A stretch of 57,930 nt of DNA, the filler included, from Sphacelaria rigidula (lineage: Eukaryota): NCBI GenBank assembly GCA_964200075.2. It is 8 parts of 8 records of this genome, joined end to end, with 100 filler letters (N's around TTAATTAATTAA, not from the genome) between each part and the next. Parts side by side here need not be neighbours in the genome. Positions count along the whole stretch, not along the records: positions 21,763 to 28,916 come from CAXNAA020016218.1; positions 29,017 to 36,170 come from CAXNAA020016219.1; positions 36,271 to 43,424 come from CAXNAA020016220.1; 5 more parts are not named here. One strand, given 5' to 3'. Under the pieces are notes generated by a model that was given only the letters and a program-made list of their open reading frames with translations, was not told the origin of the DNA and searched no databases. The translations under genes were made by a program, and so were the position numbers. Shown here piece after piece: positions 26,343-39,048 of the stretch (its first letter is position 1; each line of letters opens with the position of its first letter).

Positions 26343-27800
26343 TCGGGTCCGATTGCACCTGCTTTCTCAAAGGGTCTCCTTGCTGGCGATCAGATTGGAT
26401 GCGTTGGTAAGGGTCTACAGAGCACGGTCATTCGCCACTGTGTCCAGTTTGAGGTCTGTCGGGTGAAGTCGGCGTTTCCCCCCCCTGCGGAGAGCACTTC
26501 GCCTACCTTTGTTCCTTCGTTAACTGTGCTGAATGACCAGTACTCACACCTGTACGGAGCCTTGATCGGTGTTGTTCGGGCGGTCTCGGGTCAACCACTT
26601 GAGGAGCTACGTGACGCTACTCGGCAAAAAAAGTGGCGTTTATTTACTGCGAATGGAGTACAGAACTCTCAAACAAGGGGTATTTGTAGCTCACCGTTGA
26701 TGGTGGCCAGAACCAGCTTCGGGTCCGTGGAGAACAGCCCAGTGTCCAGAGAGCCCAGCAGAATGCCTACCAGATCCTGTTTCTCCGATTCACCCACCCG
26801 TTAACCTTACGCTACAACCTTCCCGATATATGGTTACACCATCTTCTCAGATGTCTAGCAAACCGCCATTGGCTACGGTTGGTGGAGCCGCTGTCGATGC
26901 CCGATCTGACCCGTTATCCCGAGTTGGCTTTCGTTGCGCTTAGTGGTCGTCCCTGGAGTTTGCCATCGCAGGGTTCTCAAGACAGATGTACCTGGGGTGT
27001 ACTTTCGTGCGTCAGGTAATGGCTCTAGCAAAATATCTGCCAAAAAAACGCCATGGACGGGCGGGGCTGTACGCTTGAAACATGAAAGTAGCAAAACAAA
27101 CAGGGAAGATGGCTGTAGAGTAAAATTGCCACGGGGAATAGGGAGAATATAACTGAAAATATAGAAAGAAAGGAGAAAAACGGCAGAAACCCAAGGGGTA
27201 CCAGACGGCAGACAGGGGGGCCAAAAGGGGAAAAAAATTCATTGAGTCCGTGAAAGGAGAAAATGACGCAAATAGTGCACCGTGGGCTACGACTGCTAAA
27301 TGTAGACGATGAGGGAAGGGAATCACCAGTATAAAACAGTTGATAGCGAAAGAGAAAAAATTCAACAGCAAAAAAATACCAGCGGTAGAGGAAATAAACA
27401 TGGTGTGATGCGATACCAACGACCATGATATGACTCGCGGCATTGCGCAGGCACGTTCGGGGCGACAGGAGCGGGCAAAATCGAACAGCAAAAGCGGAAG
27501 GGGCGGACGGGGGGGCGAAATATTAGCGCGTGTTCTTCCAATGTTCGTGTGCAATGCCGAAACCTCAAAAAAACCAAGACGTGAATAGTAGATAAAAATA
27601 GAATAAAATAAAATAAAATAATATGGGGGCCACTGTGAAGGGAAGAGCCGAACGCAACGCTACAGTAGAGAAGGGGTGGGCAAAGCAATATGATCAAGGC
27701 GTAAGCCCTGCACGTAATTTATTATACAATCGATGTGTCTACTGCTACCGAGCAACGGCACTGGTTGCCCCAAGTTTCCCGGTGTGAAGAAACCCATGTA

Positions 27801-27880
27801 GTGACGGTCCTCTGAAGTGTAGTAACGGTCCCGTGAAGTGTTGTGACGGTCCCATGAAGTGTTGTGACGGTCCCATGTAA
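27801..27880. repeat. 21-bp tandem repeat (gtgacggtcccatgaagtgtt) x~4
   Basis: Direct inspection. Confidence 0.85.
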
Positions 27881-29027
27881 TGAAGCGACGATATGATGTG
27901 TCGAATTCTTGGCCGATGAGAAGATCCCAATTTAGTGGCGACACAATGACAATGCAGTGGCGACATGTTGTGGCGTGGAGCGGAAGCGAATCCATACGAC
28001 TTGACCCGCGCAATGACTTTTCACAATGCCGCACATCAATCAATCATACTAGGGGCCATTCGTCATTTGCCGGGCGTTGAACATGTTTCGCCGCCAGGAT
28101 AAATCCAGCATAGCAGCCCCCTATGTTGGTCAGAAATTCATTCGGAGTCACATAGAATGATCCGAACAACTGCTCGAACAGTCCTGTTTGGTACAAAGTT
28201 GCACAGTGCAAACACGCTGCCACAGTACACAGTACAGTGCAAACACCATGCGATCATGTACCTGGCTAATATGGTACAAACACCATACGAACACGTACCT
28301 GGCTAGCATGGTGCAAATACCATGCGATGACGTACCTGGCTAACATGGTGGGTACCGCTGCACCAGATCTAATGGGAGCGTGACATGAAAGACACGTCTG
28401 AACCGCGCACATTGCACGCGAAGTGCGGTCTCCCAATATGTGACTATTCGCAAGCAATCAACAGCCTGTATATATACGTACCTCCAGGTGGATTTCATCC
28501 CCAACTGCTGGCTATGTGCACTATGCGCGCGCATGCTCGCCGGTTTCCGTCTCGGGACACTTCACTCTCTAGTGGTAGATCAACAGTACTTACCTCCTGC
28601 CTACGAAGCACTTCGTACACAGCGTGCCCGCTGTGAGTACTGTATGGGACACATTGATCGAACGTGCGGCACTGTAAGATCCCGACCTGGAATTTGTTTT
28701 TGAACTTTTGAAAAAACAGTCCTCGTACTCGGAAGCAGGCGCAGGTGAAATGATGAATCACAGGACGTACCTGTGCTGTCGTGTTAGCACGGAAGGTGGC
28801 AAGTATACACTGCAGCCAGGTGTCCCAGCTCTGTTCTGTCCAGCTGATAACAGCCGATTCTCGAAAATGGGGTTGAAAAAAAAATGAGGTTCAACTCAAA
28901 AGCCGTGCTTTCCCTGNNNNNNNNNNNNNNNNNNNNNNNNNNNNNNNNNNNNNNNNNNNNTTAATTAATTAANNNNNNNNNNNNNNNNNNNNNNNNNNNN
29001 NNNNNNNNNNNNNNNNTGGGTAATAGA

Positions 29028-29890
29028 AGGGGGGGGGGGCTAATTAATTGCTTGCCGTTGTCATTTGGATCATTGACGACGCATCCCTTTCGAGACGGAG
29101 CACCGTTCCTACTCCTAATTGATACCCCTCCAATATTTGGGCGCTCATTACGTTTCTTCCATATATTGCACAAGAACCTTTTACATATCTTATCCCCATC
29201 CTGTTTCGCCGTCTGTGGCCACCATCTATCTCATGGTATCACGATAATCTTCTCGCTTCTGTCTAGTGTACCAAACATTTCATGCCACCTTTGTTTACTT
29301 CTCACATTTCCCTCTCCAACACGGTCCGTTCCTCCTTGTACAGTTCACATTTTCCCACTACATGAGTTCTACTCTCTATTGCTTCGCCACAGGGGCAATT
29401 ATGTGCCTTTACTCCCTCATGCACCCGACGATTGGTGTATCTCTTTATTTTTTCTGGCAGGTCCAGGAACCCCACCCGAAATCCCAGTTTCAACTTTCTC
29501 GCGTAGGTAATTGGGCCGTGCAGATATGTTTCCATCTCTATTCCTCCTTTCAACCCCCCGTATATCTTGAGCTGTTCTCTCTCTTCCACTTCCTCTCTTA
29601 GCGCTCGCGTTCCCCTTACTTCCATCGTGTTTTTTTTCGTCTTGCACCCACTACCATCACCTATGAATATGATCATGTCTTGGTTTTCTCCTACATACTT
29701 TCCTACATTCTCGACTATGTTATCCCACCTTCTTCAAGCCTACCCCACCGTGACTTTGTTGCATATAACCCTGCCAACTACGGCTGACAATTTATATTTT
29801 GTCATGTTCCAAGCGTTGAACAGCCACTTCGATTTTCCCATGTCTATCTACTTCAAGTGTGTACATTTCAAATGCTGCATTACTCGTTGG
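29028..29890 (-). mobile_element. 5'-truncated decayed LINE (family 1)
   Basis: ORF 29302-29676 'KLKLGFRVGFLDLPE...CPCGEAIESRTHVVGKC' homologous to 25860-26100; same 3' UTR ending in a C-run on the minus strand. Confidence 0.82.
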
Positions 29891-30250
29891 AAGCAGGGGG
29901 GGGGGGGAATGTCGCAGAATTCTCAGACCCAAAGAAAGTAAGGAGGCCTTGACATTATTTATTTATTGGTATAGAATTGCTCTTTTTAGTTACCCATGCC
30001 TGAATTTGTTTGACATCTGAGCATACCGCAATATTACGTGCAGCATCTTCATGTTATGACTACGGTACTTGTCTGTTGCCACGCCATGTACTCCACTGAG
30101 CAGTCAAAGGTGTACTCTCTGTGTTCAGGGCCCTTGCTCCCTCTGATACGCCACGTCTGTGGTCTGTGACGGGACGGGCGATGTCTTCCTTGGTGTCAAT
30201 TAATGCCTTGAGCCGCACTACTGTTACTACTGGCTAGCACGGTCGACTAG

Positions 30251-30288
<38 letters not shown>

Positions 30289-30879
30289 ACCCCTCCCCCT
30301 GCCCCTCACCCAACACCCCCAGCCCCCCAACCCGCGACGAGCCNNNNNNNNNNGGGGGCGATTACGCGCCGGGCGCCCCACCCCTTGCCCTCCGGGCGGC
30401 ACGGTCTGCTGCCCCCCCCCCCCCCCCCCATCCCCCGAAAGCTTGATTTTGCCTTCGAGTGGTCAATGGCAAAACGACCAAGGCAAGCAACGAATGAGTA
30501 CGCCCTCCCCCCCCCCAAAACTTCGTTACACCACGCACCGAATACTTTGCCATTGGAACAAAATAAAATATTTCGGAGATTACTTCGTTTGCCGATGCGA
30601 GACTGTTTATTTATTTATTCAAACGAAAAAAATCGAGGTTGTAAAAAGGCCGACAATCCGACGGGGGGCATACACCGTCACCTACGATAATATTCCGAGG
30701 TGAGGCATCGCGGTCAATGTGGAAAAGAAGACGAGAAAAATCTCGGATTTTGATACATGCATTCTCCGAGGACGGGGGCAGGGGGGGTGTACTCATGATC
30801 ATGCATGCCATAGTCATCAGATCATTGACTTAGGGTTAGGGTTAGGGGGGGGGAATCGGAGCACGCACTCGAAAAAGAA

Positions 30880-30972
30880 ACTCTTGTGTTGGCCTTCCTC
30901 CTGTGTGACCTCGGCTGATGCGCTCACATCTACCGAGAGGTGTAAACTGGCGTCTAAAACAGAGGGGACGAG

Positions 30973-31030
<58 letters not shown>
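30880..31030 (+). mobile_element. Short interspersed element with (CA)n tail; other copies 31597-31700 (-), 36096-36170 (-), 51343-51430 (+)
   Basis: Shared core cggctgatgcgc(t/c)cacat..accga.aggtgta.actggcgtc.a.aa.aga.gggacga followed by ACAC repeats. Confidence 0.75.
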
Positions 31031-31034
<4 letters not shown>

Positions 31035-31362
31035 TTGGGTTCGCGATCCTGCGAGCGCCGAGAACACAGCTTTGTTTTTTGTCCGACTTTGAAACCCCGC
31101 CCTTTTTCGCGACGAATCAGTGGTCTCAAGGGATCAACGCATCTTTCTCGGTACACAAGTACAGTAGAAACACAATGGGGATGGTGCCGAATACGAGGCG
31201 AAAACATGAAAGATGAAAAGGTGGAGGGCACACCTGAAAAAACGGATCACCCAGTAGAAGATGTCCATCGTCACCTCAAATAGAAGAAGCTATTCCCACT
31301 CAACCAACCAGACAAAAACGAGCCTGTACGGGCAAACCTTCAGCGATGGACGACGAACTCAC

Positions 31363-31491
31363 CGCCTTGAGCGCCTCCACTTCTTTGGCGTGCTCCTCCG
31401 GGGTTCGTCCTGCACCCATCGCCCCCATGCCTCCCATGCCCCCCATACTCTCCATCATCTTCTGGAACCCTGCCATATCTTCACTCCCATC
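31363..31491 (-). CDS. Internal exon (43 aa, DGSEDMAGFQKMMESMGGMGGMGAMGAGRTPEEHAKEVEALKA) of an unknown Met/Gly-rich protein
   Basis: cag|G acceptor, G|gtgagt donor, 129 nt, phase 0, GC3-rich codons. Confidence 0.75.
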
Positions 31492-32402
31492 CTGCAGACA
31501 CATGGAAAGTGCAAGATATCGTTTCTCTGTATCGTGATTGTATCTGAAACGGTGATAAAGTCTCTATCAACAATGGCGGGGAAGTTTTCCGTTGATTGTG
31601 GTGTGTGTTGTCATCCCATCTATGCTGGACGCCGGTCTACACCTTTCGGTATACGTGGACGCATAGGCCGGGGTCACACAGGATGAAGGTCAACACAGCA
31701 GTCTTTCTTTTCGTCTTTGTTTCAGTCCTACACCTTCCTTCTGCGATGCTTGCCTTTCAATTTATTTATTTTTCGTGAGAGGGGTTCAGCAGTCCCTTTC
31801 CCTCGTCGACCGTGAAGTCGAATTTCGTGTACCCACGACATAGTCGCTCTCCACTGCAGGGCACCAGTCTGACACACTGCACGTCGCAGCAGTCGAAGGA
31901 GAATGTGACAAGGTGGCCGCGAAGGAGTCGATTTCGGTCCATGTACCACCCTCAATGCACCACGTTCACAGATTGACCGGTTGTTGTTCTTCTATACGGT
32001 TTGCTCCCGCCAAAAAATGACTGCCAGTCGTTTCGTCAGATGATTCCAACACAGTGCATAAGAACGCATACTGCAATGATATGAGTACCATGCCTTTGGC
32101 CGAGCTGCGAGATGAAGAGATGGACTGCGGTACTCTACTATACAGAGTAATACTGCCAATACCGTCGCTCCTACGGGAACGATCCCAACTTCTCCTTGCT
32201 CAAAGGGTCAAAATGCAAGAGAAAAAACGCACACACCACATCATGAGTGCGGTATGTAAAAAGCAAGGTTGTGTTCAGTAGGGTAAGATATACCATACAG
32301 TAGGAGAATTTCAGTTCGCACACTTTTGTTTTCATTTTTTTTTTATTCGTTCGTTATTGCTTTTGTAATGCGTCTGTGTGAATTGTTTCTGGGTCCGGTT
32401 TC

Positions 32403-32521
32403 ATTTATTTTTATTTTTACCCCAGCTTGGGGTACTTAGCCTGTGACAACGGAAGGCGTCCGCATCAGATGCCCAGTACAGAGTTCTGCGCAGATATCGG
32501 AACGGTTTTTAGTTATGAGAT

Positions 32522-32583
<62 letters not shown>

Positions 32584-32826
32584 CGTTGAATATAGTTCAT
32601 CTACGAACCGTAGCCAAGAGCATGTTTTATATGAGCATCCGGTTATATTTATTTTTATTTTCACCCCAGCTTGGGGTACTTGGCCTGTGACAACGGAAGG
32701 CGTCCGCATCAGATGCCCAGTACAGAGTGCTGCGCAGATATCGGAACGGTTTTTAGTTATGAGACAACAACAACAACAACAACAACGTTGAATATAGTTC
32801 ATTTACGAACCGTAGCTAAGAGCATG
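32403..32826 (+). repeat. Tandem duplication of a unit containing a (CAA)n microsatellite
   Basis: Units start ~32403 and ~32647 and are near identical except for CAA number (~21 vs ~8). Confidence 0.9.
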
Positions 32827-33176
32827 AGCGGGTTAATTGCGGGGTATTGGATTATTCTGGCGGAACTGTAGAGAACGTTCCTTGTGTTTCGAGAAAAGAT
32901 ATATTCTTTCGAGTTCCTTTATTTGGGGACTAATCGAGATCTTTCTTTGACCTTAGATCTTGGATCGTGAGTATTCGAGAACGGAGTAGTGCCCTACTCT
33001 CCCATTCGCCTCCCTCACCTCTCTTCACTTGATTCCTTTGTGTGGATAGTAATAATAAAGACTAATAACACATCTTCATCTTCTTCCCCGTCAGTTACTG
33101 CACGAGGGCAGTACACTGTTTGAGCACACAGCAGCTGTTGTTGCTGCGGCGTCATCTGATCTACCGATCATCGAAC

Positions 33177-33215
<39 letters not shown>

Positions 33216-33303
33216 CGCTAAACCGCACTGAAAAGGGTACCAAACATTACGGTATGTTCCGGCAGGGTATCAAGCACTGTTCCCAATCCTCCGCTGGAGG
33301 CTA

Positions 33304-33497
33304 GACACTTTGCACGATAGCCACCCCGAAAAAAATGGCAATACAGCGCCTCATATTGGCAACATTGACGAGAACGAACTCAAGCGTGGGAATTCCCAGC
33401 TGCTCGTTGTGCTCGGCTTTTTCCTTTTTGATTCATGTGAAGATTTTGCCTCCCAAAACCATGCACTTTTTGGGCGGGGGCTATCGTAGCAAGTATC
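33304..33497. mobile_element. MITE family A copy (internally deleted), TSD GCTA
   Basis: gacactttgcacgatagcc ... ggctatcgtagcaagtatc; gcta on both sides. Confidence 0.85.
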
Positions 33498-33501
33498 GCT
33501 A

Positions 33502-33803
33502 GTTTACCGGCGTTGGGCTCCAGGTGTCCATGGCTGACAAGAGTTTCGCTACCCCTGACCCTAACCCTAACCCAACGCATTCCAGGAACCCTCGGGCAAG
33601 GGCGGTATATACATTCCCAAGACAAAGTGCGGCCTTGATAGACCCCAAATCGGCGCCTGTGGCGCCGATTTCAACGAAAATCGCACTCTGCACACGCGAG
33701 GAGCACACGGGACTGTGAATGCTACTAAATATCCGATTCCCATTGTACACACTCAAATCAAGTAATATCAGCGGTGGACATTTGTGGCCCAACGCCGGTA
33801 AAC
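33502..33803. mobile_element. MITE with TIR gtttaccggcgttgggc, carrying short (CCCTAA)n
   Basis: gtttaccggcgttgggc..tgtcca / tggaca..gcccaacgccggtaaac. Confidence 0.75.
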
Positions 33804-35177
33804 CCTACTGCTCCGCTGTGGTCCGGAAGGGCATTTACCGAAAATAAACCTCTTGCACACTTGTGTCAATACTCATATTTCAGCCGGTATGTCCTCCGGG
33901 AAAAACAGCCTTGATATAATGTACTTCCTGACTACTGTAAAATCAATAGCTCAAGTATCCTACGACACACCATGGGTACTGTACGTTGTACACTGCATGT
34001 AACTACTGTGGTGCATGACACTGCACAGCACCGCACAGATCCTACCTCTACCGACTGCGACACACGTCACTGATGATGCAACGCCACCGTGGCTCGGTGG
34101 TCTGAGTCGTGATCAACGAAGACGAAACAGGTCGGAAGAACTCGAGTTTGATTGGATTGGATTGGATTCACATCGATTCGATCCCGCGATTATAGATTCT
34201 TTCTTGTTGTCTTATTTCTGGTAAACTATCTGCTGTCTCGTTTATCAAAACTTCAGTGGACTCGGGGTAGCAATATATACTCCGTATATATTATGAGAAG
34301 CCACGCAGTGCGGGAGTGATACCGAAAACGTAAGTCGTGTAACAACTAAGCAAACGAATAGGTTAATACTTCCACACCCTGGACAAAATATTACATTGTC
34401 AAAAAAATTACTGCGTACAGTATAGGATCTTTTGTCTATATTGCGATAGGCGCGATAGTCGATACTGTGCACAGTATGTTTTTTGGCAATGTATTCTTTT
34501 CTCCAGGGTGTGGATACTTCCAAGACTCACGTACGGGAGCATGGAGTCGTCCCGAAGGAGGGAGGGGATTTGACAACAACAAAAAGAGACGGGAAATAAA
34601 TCAATAAAGACAAACTGATGCTGTTTCACGCGGGGAGCTAAGTCACGCACACAAAAATCTTCACAGGCCGCTCTGAGAAGAGGTGTTACGTTACACGGGT
34701 GACAATAAAGCCTCCAAACGCAGTTAACAGGCCGACGAAACGGTGCTCGGGAGTTCTCTCGAACAAACACCGCCATCCCGGTGGTCGAAACTAAAATGGT
34801 TCACCGACGAACGGTCAGCTAGCGGGGGAAACGACTACGGGTTCGAATCCCTATGGATACCGTATTTTTGAGCAGACTATGGCTTCGGTCGTTGCCACGT
34901 CATTGACAGCACGAGAACGATAGGAGACAACCTAATGACAGTCGATGGATGCAGGAGTACTAATGGTCATGATCCAATCCGCGATACGAAAAGATGTCAT
35001 GCATGTACCGGGGGGCGTACTCATTTGTTGCTTGCCTTAGTCGTTCGACCATTGACCACGCATGCCTTTCGAGAAGGAGCACCGTCTGTACCGATGATCC
35101 TCCAAGAGGACGGACTCGTCCCGACGAAGGGAATGGAATGTGTTAAGAGTATCACGAATATTCGTTTACATACTCAC

Positions 35178-35261
35178 GCCCGACATCATCTTCATCATGT
35201 AGTCCATCATGATCTTCTGGGTGATGCCGTTGGCTTTCCCCTCCTTGATGCCGAACAGATC
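35178..35261 (-). CDS. Internal exon (28 aa, DLFGIKEGKANGITQKIMMDYMMKMMSG), probably the same gene as exon 31363-31491
   Basis: cag|G acceptor, C|gtgagt donor, 84 nt, phase 0. Confidence 0.72.
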
Positions 35262-35980
35262 CTGTTGGAAAATGACAAGTAAACAGAGGAATATTGAGTG
35301 CACTACTCGAATATGTAACACCGGAACATGACAAGTGAGCGTATTCATTTCGCGCAATGCTGGAAACGTCCTGTTGGAATATGACATAAAAGTGTGTAGG
35401 TCAACGTTGTTTTGTTGGAACATGACGTATCAATACGGACATTTGTCCATCATGTGACCACGACTGGATCTCTAGGGTATCAGTTACAGTGTTACAAACA
35501 AACAAACAATCAACCAATCAATTGATCAATGAATTTCGTTCAACGTTCACCATATCCCATTGGAATGAGACCAGAAGACGTTTCGTACAGTGCGGGTTAT
35601 GTGATATCGGAACATGGGCTGTACATAAACATTTAAATTCAATGATTATCAAGTCCCGCTGGCACATAAATGGAAATAGAAGCGTAGTTCAATGTTGGCT
35701 ACGTCCCGTTGGAACATGAGGAAATATTTTTTTGTGCGATGCTGGACATGTCCCTTTGGAAACAGACAAATGAATACACTCAGTTCGTGCAATGTCCAAC
35801 ATGTCCCGTTAGAATATGACTGATACAGATGCTAATTTCATGCGACGCTGGAAGTGTTACGTTGGAACATGACAAGGAAACACATTTTCAGTACTGGACA
35901 GGTTTCACTGTATCATGACGAATAATCAAGACGAACATTTTTGTCCACTGCAGACCATGTACCGTGGGAATACGACGAGC
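35258..35980. repeat. Degenerate ~50-bp tandem array (~13 units), core atgtcccgttggaacatgac
   Basis: gga(a/c)(c/t/a)atga-type cores at ~35267, 35323, 35376, 35417, 35562, 35609, 35661, 35711, 35758, 35811, 35864, 35910, 35967. Confidence 0.75.
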
Positions 35981-36270
35981 ACAATAGTTGCTTTTCGTTG
36001 CTCACATCTTCAGATTGATCACGTTTCAACTAGTGTTCGAATATCAACAGATTCAGCACGATTCACAACATGAGTATATTACACCCTGGACAACATGTGT
36101 GTGTTGTGTTGTCGTCCCATCTATTCTGGACGCCAGTCTGCACCTTTCGGTGTATGTGGGCGCACCAGCCNNNNNNNNNNNNNNNNNNNNNNNNNNNNNN
36201 NNNNNNNNNNNNNNTTAATTAATTAANNNNNNNNNNNNNNNNNNNNNNNNNNNNNNNNNNNNNNNNNNNN

Positions 36271-37515
36271 CAGGAGAATAGCTCGGCGGTGCAACTGAAG
36301 GTCGGATTCGCGTTCCCAAGACGCTCTCCGAAGGCCTTGCCAGTGAGTTTTGTACATGACAGCAATCTTGCCGCCTCGACCGCGAGTGATCTGGTGACCA
36401 GAAATGTGGGCCACGGCGAGACGAAGGGGTTGTTCCGTCACATCGTCGGTAGTAACGCGATAAGGCGGTGATTTGGTCGAATAGCTGTTAAGTACGTACT
36501 GCGTAAGACCGGCTGGCAGATATTTGGGCATGTCTCTAGTGTCATGCGGATTGATGCAAAGTTTACAACGGTGCACGGAGACGCGAGATTTGGCGTGATG
36601 TCCTTGAAGATCGCGAGGAAGATCGAGATAAAGGAGTTTGTCACCGACAGGTTTGCCATCAGGTGAAGATGGCGAGGGCCCGACGGTCAGAATCTTGAAT
36701 GGTCCTGTCCAGTTGAGGGATAGCTTAGTCTTCAAGACTGTCTCGTCGGCAGCTCTGTCAGCGCCTTGACGAATGGTTGACAAACTGTTGTAAACCCAGA
36801 CCCAATCGCCAACCTTCCAAGTAGGTCGTTTGTGCATTAGATTGTAGAGAGCATTATTAGATCTCTTAAGGCGCGAGGTGTTGATAGCGTGTTGTTCACG
36901 CACGAGACTGAAAGCTTTGCGCTGGCGTGCACGCGCTAGATCATGGTAGGATATCTGATCCTGATCCAAGCCTTGGTGGCCATCGAAGGTGTGTCTCACA
37001 AACACGGTGATGGGCAAACGCGGGTAGCGGCCGAGATGTAGCTTGTTCGGAGAAAGACCGGTAGCAGCGTTGACGGATTTGTTATAAGACAACATGACAT
37101 GTGAGAGATGGAGATCCCAATCGTTTTGTCGATCATTGACTACCATAGACAGCATCTGGGCCATGGTGTGGTTAACTCTTTCAGTACCACCGTTACCATT
37201 AGGATGGTGAGCGCTTGTGCCTATTTTTCGAAGGCCCAGGAGCGTATACAGTTCGTCCGAGAGATCGGAGCAAAATTGCTGACCATTGTCGGAGAGAATC
37301 CGTTTTGGGCAACCGTAGTGCTTGATATAGTCATGAACTAAGAATTTGGCTGTGCCCGCTGCTGTGAAGTCTCCAGCGGTGACTGCGTACATGGCTGCGT
37401 GACGGCTGAAGAGATCAGTAAAGAGTAAGATGTAGGTGTTGCCACGGTCAGTGGGCGGTAAAGAACCAAAATAGTCGAAAGACACGAGGTGACCAGGAGC
37501 GTTCGGAAGTGCCAT
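36271..37515 (-). pseudogene. Gypsy integrase core plus chromodomain (truncated at contig end)
   Basis: SFDY, LSDNGQQF, HHPNGNGGTERVN, WTGPF, chromodomain-like C-terminus. Confidence 0.92.
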
Positions 37516-39048
37516 CGAAATAACTGGCCAACGTATAGTCTGTCGTCAGGTTTTGCGAGCTTAACACTTGAAGCAGCGCCGAATCCAGAAGCGGGTGGAC
37601 ACTTCCATACCTATCCACCAGTAGAAACGTTCGAGTAACGCTAACGTGCGCGCGACACCAAGGTAGCACGACTGGTCAGTATGGCAGCCTTTCATTACCC
37701 ACGGTCGTATCAAAAGTGGGACATGTATCCGAGTGGATTCATCGTCGAATAGACGTGCATGGTGTCCAGTGGGCGCGGGTGAAGTTACACCCTGCTGGGG
37801 CGTAGGACGGCGGACAAGCAATTCGATTCCGTCATCAGTTGTGAAGATAGTAGCTTTGCGTGCGAGTTCGTACACGTCAGCGTCGTTTGGTCGTGGCAGT
37901 GTGCCAGTCGGGGCCAATAAATTGGCCGGGATAGGAGCAGGGCAGCCAGCACGGAGGTACCGCATGGTTGCGCGGCATAATGGTTCTGCTTGTTGTTCCC
38001 GAGCCCAACCGCGATGGGAGTAACTGGCGAGAAATTCGCGGAGTTGGCCTTCCGCCGGAGAGCCGATCAGACATGGTGGCTCAGGAAGCGGTGGAACAGG
38101 CGACGGGGAGGAGATGCCAACGTCGATGTGAACATCGGAAGCATCAGAAGGGGTGGGTACTGACGGGACCGCGGCGGGCGGCGATGTCGCAGTAGTGCGC
38201 ACTGGAGATTGCGGTCGGCGCTTGTTGTTAGAACTACGCGTGGCGGAGGTTGTCAAGGCTCGTGGTGCGGTGTTGCGGGGAGCAGGCGCTACGTTACTCG
38301 CAGGAGCAGTAGGTGTTGTCGGTGGCGGCGGGGCGCGGGGAGGGTTAGCGCGGGCGGCAGACCAAGAGCGTGTGTTGTCGGAAATGAGATGGACAACTGG
38401 AGCGGGCGAAACTGCAATTTTGGCGCGAGGATCGATAGTACGGAAATCGGCGAAATCGGCGTCGGTGGGTCGTAGCCCACCCAAGACTGCATCATACGGT
38501 AGGGGGCGGGGGCCGCCCATGTGCATACCCGCCTCTGGGCAATGAAGGTCAGGGGCGTGAATGGGCGTTGAGAAACGCCGGATAGGATACACACCGGGTT
38601 CATCGGGTTTAGTTAGTCGACAAGCGGAGCTGAAATCCACAGCCGTTGGAGGGAGGGGCAAGCGGGAGAGAAGGTCAGCCTTCCCGTTGGTTTTGCCAGG
38701 GCGGTGTTTGACAGTATACTGATAAGCTGTCAGGAACTCCAACCAGCGTTGTACACGCGGGTTATGTTCGCCAACTTTGGCGAGTTGTTCGAGTGCTCCG
38801 TGATTCGTCTAGATTTGAAAAGGCACATGGAACAAATATTGTCGAAGGCGCTTTATGGCCCAAGTGATGACTCCGCCTTCCAGCTCCAGTGGACTCCAGT
38901 TGGCCTCGTTTGGAAGGGTGGCGCGACTGATATAGAGGATGGGTCGAATAGAGCCATCGAGTTGAGGCTGATTCAGGACCGCGACGAGCCCGTCGGTGCT
39001 CGCGTCTGTATGTAGTTGAAAGAGGCGAGAGCCGTTTTGTACGGCATC

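Noticed and set aside
26085..26804. 239-aa ORF as a real gene
   Set aside because: Runs through a LINE 3' UTR into unrelated sequence; likely a chance ORF
30829..30850. Telomere (TTAGGG repeats; also ~33553-33575)
   Set aside because: Only ~3 units, internal and embedded in repeats
34770..34865. tRNA gene (gggttcgaatccc B-box)
   Set aside because: No convincing cloverleaf; more likely a decayed SINE head
35258..35980. CRISPR array (palindromic ~20-bp core with ~30-bp spacers)
   Set aside because: Cores are highly degenerate, the spacers resemble one another, spacing varies from 41 to 57 bp, there are no cas genes, and the context is a eukaryotic intron
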